Below, in pieces: positions 55,206 through 64,000 of a stretch of 64,000 nucleotides of DNA. This DNA comes from Christensenella sp. UBA5327. GTDB lineage: Bacteria > Bacillota > Clostridia > Christensenellales > Aristaeellaceae. Location of the stretch: positions 24,750-88,749 of the forward strand of contig DHQX01000015.1 in assembly GCA_002411105.1 (NCBI GenBank), given 5' to 3'. Under the pieces are notes generated by a model that saw only the letters and a program-made list of their open reading frames with translations, had not been told where the DNA came from and did not search any database. The first letter of the stretch is position 1, and each line of letters starts with the position of its first letter. A program made the position numbers and the translations under genes.

Positions 55206-55539
55206 AGTGCTGCGCATCGGTGTGGTGGGGGAGGAAGATGCGATCCTGGCGTTTAAGGCCATTGGCGCTGTTGCCATCCCCGCCGTGACGGCTGATGAGG
55301 TGGCCGCTGCCCTGTTCAAATTGAACCAGGACAAAGTGCCGGTGATCTTCATCACCGAGCAGGCCGCCCGCGTAGCACCCGAGGCGCTGACGCGCTATGA
55401 GACTTCGCCTGATGTGGCGGTCATCCCCATCCCTGGCATCATGGGGACGGACGGATACGGCGAAGCGCGGGTGCGCGAGAATGTCATCAAAGCCATCGGC
55501 GCTGACATTCTCATCAATCAAGAGAAGAAAGAGGAATAA
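55186..55539 (+). CDS. ntpF: V-type ATP synthase subunit F
   Basis: [24 protein letters not shown]...VIFITEQAA. Start is GTG 55186 or ATG 55195. Confidence 0.8.
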   Translation: MKPMSDKVLRIGVVGEEDAILAFKAIGAVAIPAVTADEVAAALFKLNQDKVPVIFITEQAARVAPEALTRYETSPDVAVIPIPGIMGTDGYGEARVRENVIKAIGADILINQEKKEE

Positions 55540-55543
55540 TAGC

Positions 55544-57310
55544 ATGGCCCAGGGGAAAATCGTAAAAGTCGCGGGCAGCCTGATTGTGGCAGAAGGCATG
55601 GCCAGCGTACGCATGTATGACATGGTGCGCGTGTCCCGCCACCGGCTCATCGGCGAGGTGATCGAGCTGCGCGGGGATCAGGCCTCCATCCAGGTGTATG
55701 AGGAGACCAGCGGCCTGGGCCCAGGGGAGCCGGTGGAGTCAACCGGCGCGCCCCTGTCCCTTGAACTGGGGCCTGGCCTGATAGAGTCCATCTTTGACGG
55801 CATCCAGCGCCCGCTTCAGCTGATCCGGGAAAAAGCGGGTGACCGCATCACCCGCGGCATTGAGGTGCCCGCCCTTGACGAGGAAAAGCAGTGGGAGTTT
55901 GTGCCCAGGGCCAGGGTGGGCGACCAGGTGGATGCGGGCGATGTGCTGGGCGCGGTGCAGGAGACCCCGGTGGTGGAGCACCGCATCATGGTGCCAAACG
56001 GCGTTGCCGGCACGGTGAAACAGATCCACGAGGGCAAGGCCACCATCAGGGATACCGTGGCTGTGGTTGAGGATGCCCAGGGCAAGGAGCACCAGCTCAC
56101 CATGACCCAGCGCTGGCCGGTGCGCCAGGGACGTCCCTACCGGGAGAAGCTCTTTCCTCAGCAGCCCATGGTGACCGGGCAGCGGGTCATCGACACCCTC
56201 TTTCCCATCGCCTCAGGCGGCGTGGCTGCCATTCCCGGGCCCTTCGGCTCCGGCAAGACCGTGGTGCAGCACCAGCTGGCCAAGTGGGCGGACGCGGACA
56301 TCATCGTGTATGTGGGCTGCGGTGAGCGCGGCAACGAGATGACGGACGTGCTCAAGGAGTTCCCGGAGCTGCATGACCCGCGCACCGGAGAAACGCTGAT
56401 GAAGCGCACCGTTCTCATCGCCAACACCTCTGACATGCCGGTGGCGGCCCGGGAGGCCTCCATCTATACTGGCATCACCATCGCCGAATATTTCCGTGAC
56501 ATGGGCTACCGGGTGGCCATCATGGCCGACTCCACCAGCCGCTGGGCCGAAGCGCTGCGCGAGATGTCGGGCCGGCTTGAGGAGATGCCGGGCGAGGAAG
56601 GTTATCCCGCCTATCTGTCCAGCCGCATCGCGGAGTTTTATGAGCGGGCGGGCCTGGTCACCTGCCTGGGGCAGGAAGGGCGCACCGGCTCCATCTCCGC
56701 CATCGGCGCCGTGTCGCCTCCGGGCGGTGATATTTCAGAGCCGGTCTCCCAGGCCACCCTGCGCATCGTGAAGGTGTTCTGGGGACTCAGCGCGCAGCTG
56801 GCCTACCGGCGCCATTTTCCGGCGATTGACTGGCTGCTGTCCTACTCCCTGTATGTGGATAACCTGGCCGGCTGGTTTACAGACAATGTCTCGCCTGAGT
56901 GGAACGAGCTGCGTGCCAACACCATGCGCCTGCTCCAGGAGGAGAGCGAGCTGGAGGAGATCGTGCGCCTGGTGGGCACCGATGCCCTTTCCTGGAAAGA
57001 CCGGCTGACCATGGAGGTGGCCCGCTCCATCCGTGAGGACTATCTGCATCAGAACGCCTTTGACGACATTGATACCTATACCTCGCTCAAAAAACAGTTC
57101 CTGATGCTGCGGCTGATCCTGGACTACGGTGAGAAGGGACAGATGGCGCTTGACGCGGGAAGCAATCTGTCTGATGTGATCAACATGCCCGTGCGCGAGC
57201 GCATTGGCCGGGCGAAGTATATCCCAGAGGATTCCCTCTATTACTTCCAGGAAATCGAAACAGAGCTGGCCAATCAGGTCACCGCGCTCATCAACCGGGG
57301 AGGGATGTAA
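55544..57310 (+). CDS. ntpA: V-type ATP synthase catalytic subunit A
   Basis: Start at ATG 55544 ([19 protein letters not shown]). Walker [10 protein letters not shown], plus [10 protein letters not shown] and [13 protein letters not shown]. Confidence 0.95.
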   Translation: MAQGKIVKVAGSLIVAEGMASVRMYDMVRVSRHRLIGEVIELRGDQASIQVYEETSGLGPGEPVESTGAPLSLELGPGLIESIFDGIQRPLQLIREKAGDRITRGIEVPALDEEKQWEFVPRARVGDQVDAGDVLGAVQETPVVEHRIMVPNGVAGTVKQIHEGKATIRDTVAVVEDAQGKEHQLTMTQRWPVRQGRPYREKLFPQQPMVTGQRVIDTLFPIASGGVAAIPGPFGSGKTVVQHQLAKWADADIIVYVGCGERGNEMTDVLKEFPELHDPRTGETLMKRTVLIANTSDMPVAAREASIYTGITIAEYFRDMGYRVAIMADSTSRWAEALREMSGRLEEMPGEEGYPAYLSSRIAEFYERAGLVTCLGQEGRTGSISAIGAVSPPGGDISEPVSQATLRIVKVFWGLSAQLAYRRHFPAIDWLLSYSLYVDNLAGWFTDNVSPEWNELRANTMRLLQEESELEEIVRLVGTDALSWKDRLTMEVARSIREDYLHQNAFDDIDTYTSLKKQFLMLRLILDYGEKGQMALDAGSNLSDVINMPVRERIGRAKYIPEDSLYYFQEIETELANQVTALINRGGM

Positions 57311-57311
57311 G

Positions 57312-58715
57312 ATGCTCAAAGAATACCGCACCATAAAAGAAGTGGTGGGCCCGCTGATGCTGGTGGAGCAAGTGTCGGGGGTCGCCTATAACGAGCTGGT
57401 GGAAATCCGCCAGGAGAGCGGTGAGATCAGGCGTGGCAAGGTGCTTGAGATCGAAGGGGACAAGGCCCTGGTGCAGCTGTTTGAGCCGAGCCATGGCCTA
57501 CGCATCGACAATTCCGCCGCCCGCTTCCTGGGCCGTGGCATAGAGCTGTCGGTGTCCATGGAGATGCTGGGCCGCGTGTTTGACGGCATGGGCGTGCCCA
57601 AGGATGGCGGGCCTGCTGTCATCCCGGAAAAGCGCATGGACATCAACGGTGAGCCCCTCAACCCCGCCGCCCGGGACTATCCCAGCGAGTTCATCCAGAC
57701 CGGCATTTCAGTTATCGACGGCCTCAACACCTTGGTGCGCGGCCAGAAGCTGCCGGTGTTCTCAGGCTCCGGCCTGCCCCATGCCCAGCTGGCCACCCAG
57801 ATCGCCCGCCAGGCCAAGGTGCTGGGCCAGGACAGCAAGTTCGCCGTGGTGTTTGCGGCCATCGGCATCACCTTTGAAGAGGCCGACTATTTCATCTCTG
57901 ACTTCAGGCGCACCGGTGCCATCGAACGCGCGGTGCTGTTTATGAACCTGGCCAATGACCCGGCCATTGAGCGCATCTCCACCCCGCGCATGGCCCTCAC
58001 CGCCGCTGAATACCTGGCCTATGAGAAGGACATGCATGTGCTGGTCATCATGACCGACATGACCAACTACGCCGAGGCCCTGCGGGAGGTGTCCGCCGCC
58101 CGCAAGGAGGTGCCTGGCCGCCGGGGCTATCCCGGATACCTGTACACCGACCTGGCCAGCATGTATGAACGGGCAGGGCGTATCATCGGCAAGGAAGGCT
58201 CCATCACGCAGATCCCCATCCTCACCATGCCTGAGGATGACAAAACCCACCCCATCCCTGACCTCACCGGCTATATCACTGAGGGCCAGATTATCCTAAG
58301 CCGCGAGCTGCACCGGAAGGGCATCGCTCCGCCCATCGACGCGCTGCCTTCCCTCTCGCGCCTGAAGGACAAGGGCATCGGCGCAGGGAAGACCAGAAAA
58401 GACCACGCTGACACCATGAACCAGCTCTTTGCCGCCTATTCCCGCGGTAAGGACGCCAGAGAGCTGGCGGTCATCCTGGGCGAGGCATCGCTGACTGACC
58501 TGGACAAAAAGTTTGCGGCCTTTGCGGAGGCCTTTGAGAAGCGCTATGTATCCCAGGGCTATGATACCGATCGTTCCATTGAGGAGACGCTGGATCTGGG
58601 CTGGGACCTGCTCACCATCCTGCCGCGCAATGAGCTCAAACGCATCAGGGACAGCCTGCTGGATGAGTTTTTGCCTGAGGACAAAAGCCACGGGGAAAAA
58701 GGAGAGGAAGGCTAA
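57312..58715 (+). CDS. ntpB: V-type ATP synthase subunit B
   Basis: Start at ATG 57312 ([19 protein letters not shown]). Contains [35 protein letters not shown]. Confidence 0.95.
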   Translation: MLKEYRTIKEVVGPLMLVEQVSGVAYNELVEIRQESGEIRRGKVLEIEGDKALVQLFEPSHGLRIDNSAARFLGRGIELSVSMEMLGRVFDGMGVPKDGGPAVIPEKRMDINGEPLNPAARDYPSEFIQTGISVIDGLNTLVRGQKLPVFSGSGLPHAQLATQIARQAKVLGQDSKFAVVFAAIGITFEEADYFISDFRRTGAIERAVLFMNLANDPAIERISTPRMALTAAEYLAYEKDMHVLVIMTDMTNYAEALREVSAARKEVPGRRGYPGYLYTDLASMYERAGRIIGKEGSITQIPILTMPEDDKTHPIPDLTGYITEGQIILSRELHRKGIAPPIDALPSLSRLKDKGIGAGKTRKDHADTMNQLFAAYSRGKDARELAVILGEASLTDLDKKFAAFAEAFEKRYVSQGYDTDRSIEETLDLGWDLLTILPRNELKRIRDSLLDEFLPEDKSHGEKGEEG

Positions 58716-59354
58716 ATGGCCATCTTGCACGTCAACCCCACCCGGATGGAACTGACGCAGATGAAGCGCCGCCTGGTGACCGCCAGGCGTGGGCATAAGC
58801 TGCTCAAGGACAAACGGGATGAGCTGGTTCGTCAGTTTATCACCCTGGTGCGGGAGAATCTGCGGCTGAGAAAGCAGGTGGAGGGTGAGCTGGGCATAGC
58901 GCTCAAGGACTTTGCCCTGGCCCGCGCCGTGATGGAGCCGGGCGCCTTACGGCAGGCGCTGCTTTACCCCGCCCGCCAGGCCGCCATCAAGGCCGGCCGG
59001 CGCAACATCCTCTCCGTCCGGGTGCCGGAGTTCACGGTGGATGAAGGCGGCCTGGGGGAAGCGCAGCTGCCCTACGGCATGGCTGAGACCTCAGCCCAGC
59101 TGGACAACGCCATTGCCACCATGGCCCAGGCGCTGCCCAACCTCATCGCCCTGGCGGAGAAAGAAAAGACCGCCACCCTCCTGGCTGACGAGATCCAGAA
59201 AACCCGCCGCCGGGTGAATGCCCTGGAATATGTGATGATCCCCCAGTTTGAGGAGACCATCCGCTATATCACCATGAAGCTGGAGGAAAACGAGCGCGGG
59301 GCGCTCACGCGCCTGATGAAGGTGAAGGAGATGATCGCTCAGCGGGCGACCTGA
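58716..59354 (+). CDS. ntpD: V-type ATP synthase subunit D
   Basis: VNPTRMELTQMKRRLVTARRGHKLLKDKRDEL. Confidence 0.9.
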   Translation: MAILHVNPTRMELTQMKRRLVTARRGHKLLKDKRDELVRQFITLVRENLRLRKQVEGELGIALKDFALARAVMEPGALRQALLYPARQAAIKAGRRNILSVRVPEFTVDEGGLGEAQLPYGMAETSAQLDNAIATMAQALPNLIALAEKEKTATLLADEIQKTRRRVNALEYVMIPQFEETIRYITMKLEENERGALTRLMKVKEMIAQRAT

Positions 59355-59389
59355 GACACGGAAAAGCGAGAAAACGACAGGGTTCTTTC

Positions 59390-59430
59390 GGGGAGAAGCT
59401 TTTTTTGAGAGGAGTTTCTCCCCTTGCATT
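59390..59430 (+). terminator. Possible terminator hairpin after the V-ATPase operon
   Basis: GGGGAGAA (59390-59397) pairs with TTCTCCCC (59416-59423) around an 18-nt loop. The downstream stretch is T-rich. Confidence 0.4.
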
Positions 59431-59479
59431 TTCTTCAAAAACTTCAGTCAAATGACGGAAGGTAAAACCAAAGCAAGCC

Positions 59480-59516
59480 AAGCAGCACTGGATTTCAGAG
59501 ATTTTGCTGCTTTTTT
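59480..59516 (+). terminator. Rho-independent terminator upstream of the tRNA promoter
   Basis: AAGCAGCA (59480-59487) pairs with TGCTGCTT (59505-59512) and runs into TTTTTT. Confidence 0.6.
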
Positions 59517-59518
59517 GC

Positions 59519-59547
59519 TTGACAAGCCCATACCCCTTGGCTATAAT
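59519..59547 (+). promoter_or_regulatory. Consensus sigma-A promoter for the tRNA pair
   Basis: TTGACA (59519-59524), 17-nt spacer, TATAAT (59542-59547). Confidence 0.75.
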
Positions 59548-59567
59548 CCTTTTTGCGCCTTGTGCAT

Positions 59568-59641
59568 TGGGGAATGGTGTAACGGCAGCACCTGCGACTC
59601 TGACTCGCATAGTCTTGGTTCAAATCCAGGTTCCCCAGCCA
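59568..59641 (+). tRNA. tRNA-Gln (anticodon CTG), CCA encoded
   Basis: Cloverleaf folded by hand. Acceptor TGGGGAA/TTCCCCA. Anticodon stem TGCGA/TCGCA with loop CTCTGAC. T-arm CTTGG-TTCAAAT-CCAGG. 74 nt. Confidence 0.9.
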
Positions 59642-59645
59642 ATTT

Positions 59646-59720
59646 GCCTCCGTGGTCTAGCGGTTAGGACACCGCCCTCTCAAGGCGGCAACACGGGTTC
59701 GAATCCCGTCGGAGGTGCCA
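59646..59720 (+). tRNA. tRNA-Glu (anticodon CTC), CCA encoded
   Basis: Acceptor GCCTCCG/CGGAGGT (G1-U72 wobble). Anticodon stem CCGCC/GGCGG with loop CTCTCAA. T-arm ACGGG-TTCGAAT-CCCGT. 75 nt. Confidence 0.9.
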
Positions 59721-59728
59721 GAGGAAAT

Positions 59729-59760
59729 CCCTGAAGCGTCAATTGTTTCAGGGGTTTTTT
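59729..59760 (+). terminator. Rho-independent terminator after the tRNA pair
   Basis: CCCTGAA (59729-59735) / TTCAGGG (59747-59753), then GTTTTTT. Confidence 0.75.
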
Positions 59761-59852
59761 ATATGTGTGCCGGATGGGTATAAATGAAGGAGAGCGCAAG
59801 CTTTTACCCCCCCTGACAACAGGCGCTGCACCAGGCAGCAAAGGAGGCGCAA

Positions 59853-61499
59853 ATGCGTATTATCGTGATAGGCGCGGTGGCGGCGGGGACCTCAGCCGCG
59901 GCCAAGGCGCGGCGGAATGATGAGAATGCCCAGATCGTGGTGTATGAGAAGGACCGGCACATTTCCTATTCCGGCTGCGGGATGCCCTATTACATCTCCG
60001 GGGAGGTGGAGGAGGCGGAGGAGCTTTATCCCCGGGACGCCGGCTATTTCAAGAAGAAGTACAATGTGGACATACGCACCCGCCATGAGGTGATGGCGAT
60101 CCATCCGAAGGACAAAACCCTGCGGGTGAAAAACCTGAACACCGGCGAGGAGTTCACAGACCATTACGACAGGCTGGTCATCGCCACCGGCGCGTATGCG
60201 GTGACACCGCCCATTGCGGGGAAGGATCAGCCCCATGTGTTCACCCTGCGCACGGTGGGGGATATGCTGCAGATCCACGACTTTATTGAGGCGCATAAGC
60301 CTAAAACCGCTGCCATCATCGGAAGCGGGTTCATCGGCCTTGAAATGTGCGAGAGCCTGCGCGGCCTGGGACTTGAGGTGACGCTGATTGAAAAACTGCC
60401 CCAGGTGATCCCAGCGCTTGACCCTGACATGGCGGTGCATGTTCAGAAGCATCTGGAGGAAAAGGGCGTCAAGGTGTTTACTGGCGCCACCGCCACGCAG
60501 ATCACGGAAAAAGAGGTGCTGCTGGATGAAGGGAGCCGTATGCCTGCTGATCTGGTTCTGGTGTCAACCGGCGTGAAGCCCAACGTGGCGCTGGCCAAAG
60601 AAGCGGGTATCGCCCTGGGAGAGACTGGCGCCATTCATGTGGACGATGCCATGCGGACATCCCAGCCAGATATCTACGCCTGCGGGGATTGCATTGAAAC
60701 CCCGCATATCCTCACCGGCAAGCCGGTTTGGCTGCCCCTGGGCTCCACCGCCAATAAGACCGGCCGCATTGCCGGGGACGCCGTCACCGGCGGTGACCTG
60801 CGCTTCCGGGGGGTGATGGGGACGGGCATCTTCCGGGTGTTCGACCTGGGCGTGGCCCAGACCGGGTTATCTGAGCGGGAGGCCAGGGGGGTGGGGTTTG
60901 ACGTGGCGGTCAGCCACGCGTCCAAACTATCCCGCCCCGGCTATATGGGTGGGAAGGAACTGACCATCAAGGCAGTGGCTGATAAAGTAACCGGAAAACT
61001 CCTGGGCGCTCAGATCGTGGGCTATGAGGGGGTGGACAAGCGGATCGACGTGTTTGTGACCGCCCTCACCTATGGCGCCATGGCTGAGGATCTTTCGCAT
61101 CTGGACCTGGCCTATGCGCCACCCTTCTCCACCACCCGGGACCCGGTGATGTACGCCGGGATGATCCTGGACGGGGTCATCAGCCGCGGAAGGCCCCTGA
61201 TGACGGCTGAGGAGCTGGAGGAGCGGCGAAAGCAAGGGGAGAAGATCCAGGTGATTGACGCCCGGGAGAAGAAAAGCTTCGAGAAAAGATGTGTGGAAGG
61301 GGCTGTCTGTATCCCCCAGGAGGAGCTGCGCCAGCAATGTGAAAATCTGGATAAGGAGGCCATCACCCTCACCTATAGCAACCGGGGAACCACCGGCAAC
61401 GCCGCGCAGAACATCCTGATCGGCAAAGGGTTTAAGCGGGTTTACAACCTCTCAGGCGGGGAGAAGCAGTATCATGCGGTGAAGCGGCTGAAGCAATAA
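59853..61499 (+). CDS. FAD-dependent pyridine nucleotide-disulfide oxidoreductase (CoA-disulfide reductase/NADH oxidase-like) with a C-terminal rhodanese-like domain
   Basis: IIVIGAVAAGTSAAAKARR, redox Cys context SYSGCGMPYY, second Rossmann IIGSGFIGLE, and a C-terminal ~90-aa rhodanese-like tail. Confidence 0.8.
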   Translation: MRIIVIGAVAAGTSAAAKARRNDENAQIVVYEKDRHISYSGCGMPYYISGEVEEAEELYPRDAGYFKKKYNVDIRTRHEVMAIHPKDKTLRVKNLNTGEEFTDHYDRLVIATGAYAVTPPIAGKDQPHVFTLRTVGDMLQIHDFIEAHKPKTAAIIGSGFIGLEMCESLRGLGLEVTLIEKLPQVIPALDPDMAVHVQKHLEEKGVKVFTGATATQITEKEVLLDEGSRMPADLVLVSTGVKPNVALAKEAGIALGETGAIHVDDAMRTSQPDIYACGDCIETPHILTGKPVWLPLGSTANKTGRIAGDAVTGGDLRFRGVMGTGIFRVFDLGVAQTGLSEREARGVGFDVAVSHASKLSRPGYMGGKELTIKAVADKVTGKLLGAQIVGYEGVDKRIDVFVTALTYGAMAEDLSHLDLAYAPPFSTTRDPVMYAGMILDGVISRGRPLMTAEELEERRKQGEKIQVIDAREKKSFEKRCVEGAVCIPQEELRQQCENLDKEAITLTYSNRGTTGNAAQNILIGKGFKRVYNLSGGEKQYHAVKRLKQ

Positions 61500-61518
61500 A
61501 GCGCGCCCCTTATGCACA

Positions 61519-61749
61519 TCAAGCAGATCCGCCTGGGACTGGCCGTGTCTGATGATCAGCAGCTGCATCGCTGTCTCCTCCAAAGCGTTTGTTGCGTTTT
61601 TTGACGCACTCGGTCAGCAGGTACTCAATCTGCCCGTTGATGGAGCGAAAGTCATCCGCCGCCCAGGCAGCGATCTCCTCCCACAGTGCGAAAGAAAGGC
61701 GCAGAGGGATATTTTTCTTGCCCTGTTCAGGGGTTTTTGGCTCAGCCAT
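61519..61749 (-). CDS. Arc/MetJ-type ribbon-helix-helix DNA-binding protein
   Basis: 76 aa. NIPLRLSFALWEEIAAWAADDFRSINGQIEYLLTECVKK fits the beta-strand-helix-helix pattern. Confidence 0.65.
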   Translation of the reverse strand: MAEPKTPEQGKKNIPLRLSFALWEEIAAWAADDFRSINGQIEYLLTECVKKRNKRFGGDSDAAADHQTRPVPGGSA

Positions 61750-61753
61750 GTAT

Positions 61754-62779
61754 TTAATAAAGCGTCCCGCTGTTTACCACGGGCTGGGCGTCCTTGTTGC
61801 CACACAGCACCACCAGCAGGTTAGAGACCATGGCGGCCTTGCGCTCCTCATCCAGCGCCACGATTTCCCGTTCGCTGAGTTTTTCAAGGGCCATTTCCAC
61901 CATGCCCACGGCGCCGTCCACAATCATTTTCCGGGCGTCGATGATGGCAGAGGCCTGCTGGCGCTGGAGCATGGCGGCGGCGATTTCAGGGGCATAGGCC
62001 AGGTGGGTGATGCGCGCCTCCATGATGTCAAGGCCGGCATTGGAAACGCGGCTTTGAATTTCTTCCTTGAGCTTCTTAGCCACTTCCTGGCTGCTGCCCC
62101 GGAGGGTCATCTCGTCATCATCCTCCGCCAGGTCATAAGGATAAAGCCGGGCGATGTTGCGCAGCGCCGAATCGCACTGGATGGATAGGAAGGTGATGTA
62201 GTTGTCCACATTGAACACTGCCATGGCGGTGTTCACCACCCGCCAGATGACCACAATGCCGATTTCCACGGGGTTGCCCAGCTTATCGTTGATTTTTTGC
62301 TTGTTGTTGTTGAGCGTCATGGCTTTGAGGGAAATCCTCTTTTTGCTGATGACTGCCAACATCGCCGCGGCATTGTCTTTTCCGGTCATCGCATGGGTGG
62401 GCTGATCCTCCTGGGTGGCAGCCAACGTGGCACTGGGTGCGGCGGGATTAATCGCCGAAGAGAAAGGATGCACAAAGTAGAAGCCTTCATTGCGGAGTGT
62501 GCCGGTATACTTGCCAAACAGGGTGAGCACCAGCGCTTCCTGAGGCTTCACAATTTTGAGCCCCATGAACGGCACCCAGCCCACCACGAGGTAGAGGATG
62601 CCAACAATCAACAGGATGATGGCCGGAATGCTTTTGCCCTCGGTGTTTTCCAGCGTGATGCCAGCTGCTATGACAAGGACAAGCGCCAGCACCAGCAGCA
62701 GGATGAACTGAATCAACCGGGGCAGACCGGGTTTGGCCTTTTGCGGGATTTCCTGGGTGTACTTCGTCTCCATGGGCAT
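61754..62779 (-). CDS. SPFH/Band 7 domain membrane protein
   Basis: Two N-terminal TMs, then an SPFH-like core ([19 protein letters not shown] ... [20 protein letters not shown]). Confidence 0.8.
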   Translation of the reverse strand: MPMETKYTQEIPQKAKPGLPRLIQFILLLVLALVLVIAAGITLENTEGKSIPAIILLIVGILYLVVGWVPFMGLKIVKPQEALVLTLFGKYTGTLRNEGFYFVHPFSSAINPAAPSATLAATQEDQPTHAMTGKDNAAAMLAVISKKRISLKAMTLNNNKQKINDKLGNPVEIGIVVIWRVVNTAMAVFNVDNYITFLSIQCDSALRNIARLYPYDLAEDDDEMTLRGSSQEVAKKLKEEIQSRVSNAGLDIMEARITHLAYAPEIAAAMLQRQQASAIIDARKMIVDGAVGMVEMALEKLSEREIVALDEERKAAMVSNLLVVLCGNKDAQPVVNSGTLY

Positions 62780-62883
62780 TCCCTCCGTCTTTTGCTTGAT
62801 ATCATAATAATATCAAAATAGCATCAAGTCAAGAGAGCATCAGGACTCTTCCGGGCATTGGTCCGGGCCTTTACGCCGCTGGC

Positions 62884-62912
62884 TTTACAAATGGCAGATT
62901 GTGTTGCATAAT
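62884..62912 (+). promoter_or_regulatory. Putative promoter of the ileS T-box leader
   Basis: TTTACA (62884-62889), 17-nt spacer, CATAAT (62907-62912). Confidence 0.5.
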
Positions 62913-62914
62913 GA

Positions 62915-63116
62915 CAAGGCGTCGATGGGGACGGGCAGGGGATGAGCCCAGAGCGAGCCGGGGAGGGTGCAAGCCCGGCGGGAGATGCCCTTTGCCAGAT
63001 CACCCCGGAGCATGGCCTAATCCGCCACGGTGGCCCCCGTTACAGGCTCTAAGCGGGCGCATGGCGCCAACTTGGGTGGTACCGCGGTCATCCGTCCCAA
63101 AGGGGCGGGATTTTTT
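62915..63116 (+). promoter_or_regulatory. T-box riboswitch leader (Ile specifier)
   Basis: Stem I elements AGAGCGA and the distal GGTGCAAG loop. Candidate specifier ATC followed by A at 62999-63002. T-box sequence AACTTGGGTGGTACCGCGG at 63069-63087. Terminator stem 63091-63109 plus TTTTTT. Confidence 0.8.
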
Positions 63117-63131
63117 ATTTGGAGGAAGCAC

Positions 63132-64000
63132 ATGTATCACAAAGTTTCCACAGACATGGATTTCGTTTCCCGGGAGAAGGACATCGCCCGGTTTTGGAAA
63201 GAGAACAATATCATGGCAAAAGCCCTGACCCATAATAAGGGCAAGGAGAAATTCACCTTTTACGAGGGGCCGCCAACTGCCAACGGCAAGCCCCACATCG
63301 GGCACGTGATCACCCGGGCCATGAAGGATCTGATTCCCCGCTACCAGGTGATGAAGGGCAAGGATGTCTTTCGCATCGGCGGCTGGGACACCCACGGGCT
63401 GCCGGTGGAGCTGGAGGTGGAGAAGAAACTGGGCCTTGACGGCAAGGATCAGATTGAGGCCTTTGGCATCGAGCCCTTCATTCAGGAGTGCAAACAATCG
63501 GTCTGGAAGTATAAGAAGGAGTGGGAGGAGATGTCCGACCGCCTGGCCTTCTGGGTAGACATGGACAAAGCCTATGTCACTTATTATGACAGCTATATCG
63601 AGTCGGTATGGTGGAGCTTGAAGCAGATTGCTGAAAAGGGCTTGCTCTACCAGGGGCACAAGGTGGTGCCCTACTGTGCCCGCTGCGGCACAGCACTCTC
63701 CAGCCACGAGGTGGCCCAGGGTTATCAGGAGGTGGAGGAGTATTCCGCCTATGTGCGCTTCCCTGTGAAGGGGGAGAGCAACACCTACCTGCTGGCCTGG
63801 ACCACCACGCCCTGGACGCTGCCCTCAAACGTGGCGCTGTGCGTGAACGCCAAGGAGGAATACTGTCGCTTCACCCTGGACGGCGACACCATGATCATGG
63901 CCACCGCGCTTATTCCCGCCTTGTTTTCTGAGGAACAGCGCGAGCAGATGACCGACAAAACCTTCATGAAGGGCGAGGCCCTGCTGGGCATGGAATATGA
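63132..64000 (+). CDS. ileS: Isoleucine--tRNA ligase, 5' partial (runs off the window)
   Basis: My own translation from ATG 63132 behind GGAGGAAG gives MYHKVSTDMDFVSREKDIARFWKEN...FTFYEGPPTANGKPHIGHVITR (HIGH motif) ...GWDTHGLPVE. There is no stop before 64000. Confidence 0.9.
   Translation, partial: MYHKVSTDMDFVSREKDIARFWKENNIMAKALTHNKGKEKFTFYEGPPTANGKPHIGHVITRAMKDLIPRYQVMKGKDVFRIGGWDTHGLPVELEVEKKLGLDGKDQIEAFGIEPFIQECKQSVWKYKKEWEEMSDRLAFWVDMDKAYVTYYDSYIESVWWSLKQIAEKGLLYQGHKVVPYCARCGTALSSHEVAQGYQEVEEYSAYVRFPVKGESNTYLLAWTTTPWTLPSNVALCVNAKEEYCRFTLDGDTMIMATALIPALFSEEQREQMTDKTFMKGEALLGMEY

Noticed and set aside
59431-59479. Possible small RNA between the two terminator-like hairpins downstream of ntpD.
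   Set aside because: No credible promoter was found: the best -35/-10 candidates are poor. The segment is only about 50 nt. It is more simply read as tandem terminators insulating the V-ATPase operon from the tRNA promoter.
59452-59734. ORFs 59452..59667 and 59504..59734.
   Set aside because: They overlap a consensus promoter and two hand-folded tRNAs (Gln-CTG, Glu-CTC), so they are not coding.
62899-63228. 109-aa ORF upstream of and overlapping the ileS start.
   Set aside because: The region contains all the hallmarks of a T-box leader: stem I motifs, the ATC specifier, the GGGTGGTACCGCG box and a terminator. The ORF is out of frame with ileS.
1-64000. CRISPR arrays, retron/DGR-type reverse transcriptases, and known defence genes.
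   Set aside because: No regularly spaced direct repeats were found in any intergenic region. No cas, reverse-transcriptase, restriction-modification or nuclease/helicase defence-type ORFs were recognised. All helicase and ligase genes present are housekeeping (pcrA, ligA).

Overview
Densely coding, high-GC chromosomal segment. Hand counts of single 60-nt lines give about 65% G+C in housekeeping genes. Gene content points to Bacillota, probably Clostridia: L21-Prp-L27 with an L27 propeptide, pcrA-ligA, cdaA-cdaR, a SpoVK-type AAA+ ATPase, a T-box leader before ileS, and a V-type ATPase. All family calls come from motif recognition by eye; no searches were run. Gene order, left to right: an SH3b secreted protein; a six-gene minus-strand operon (SpoVK-like AAA+, threonine-aldolase family, YfcC transporter, M20 peptidase, two membrane proteins); a visibly AT-richer accessory stretch (about 7.5-12.4 kb) with an ECF sigma factor, a split anti-sigma factor and two secreted paralogs, one decayed; rplJ-rplL with an L10 leader; proBAC; DUF4153/HTH/DUF2975; rsgA; an AlkA-like glycosylase; a fused MacB-like ABC transporter; pcrA-ligA; a near-gapless six-gene operon XpaC-TelA-LemA-TPM-phosphodiesterase-MBL; a GATase/metallophosphoesterase/deoD/DUF523 operon; an amino-acid ABC transporter; an MFS transporter; yajC; a fused rph-rdgB plus yfcE-like gene; an ArsR-like regulator plus ABC exporter; cdaA-cdaR-(Pro-rich membrane protein)-rRNA methyltransferase; rplU-prp-rpmA; a VOC protein; a nine-gene V-type ATPase operon; tRNA-Gln(CTG) and tRNA-Glu(CTC); a CoA-disulfide-reductase-like flavoprotein with a rhodanese tail; an SPFH/Arc pair; and a T-box leader plus the 5' part of ileS. 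I saw no CRISPR array, transposase, integrase or reverse transcriptase. The two regions most worth follow-up are the XpaC-TelA-LemA-TPM-phosphoesterase operon (28.1-33.6 kb) and the ECF-sigma accessory island (7.5-12.4 kb). Neither can be called a new system from sequence alone. Many long ORFs in the six-frame track lie antisense to recognisable genes and were treated as high-GC artefacts.
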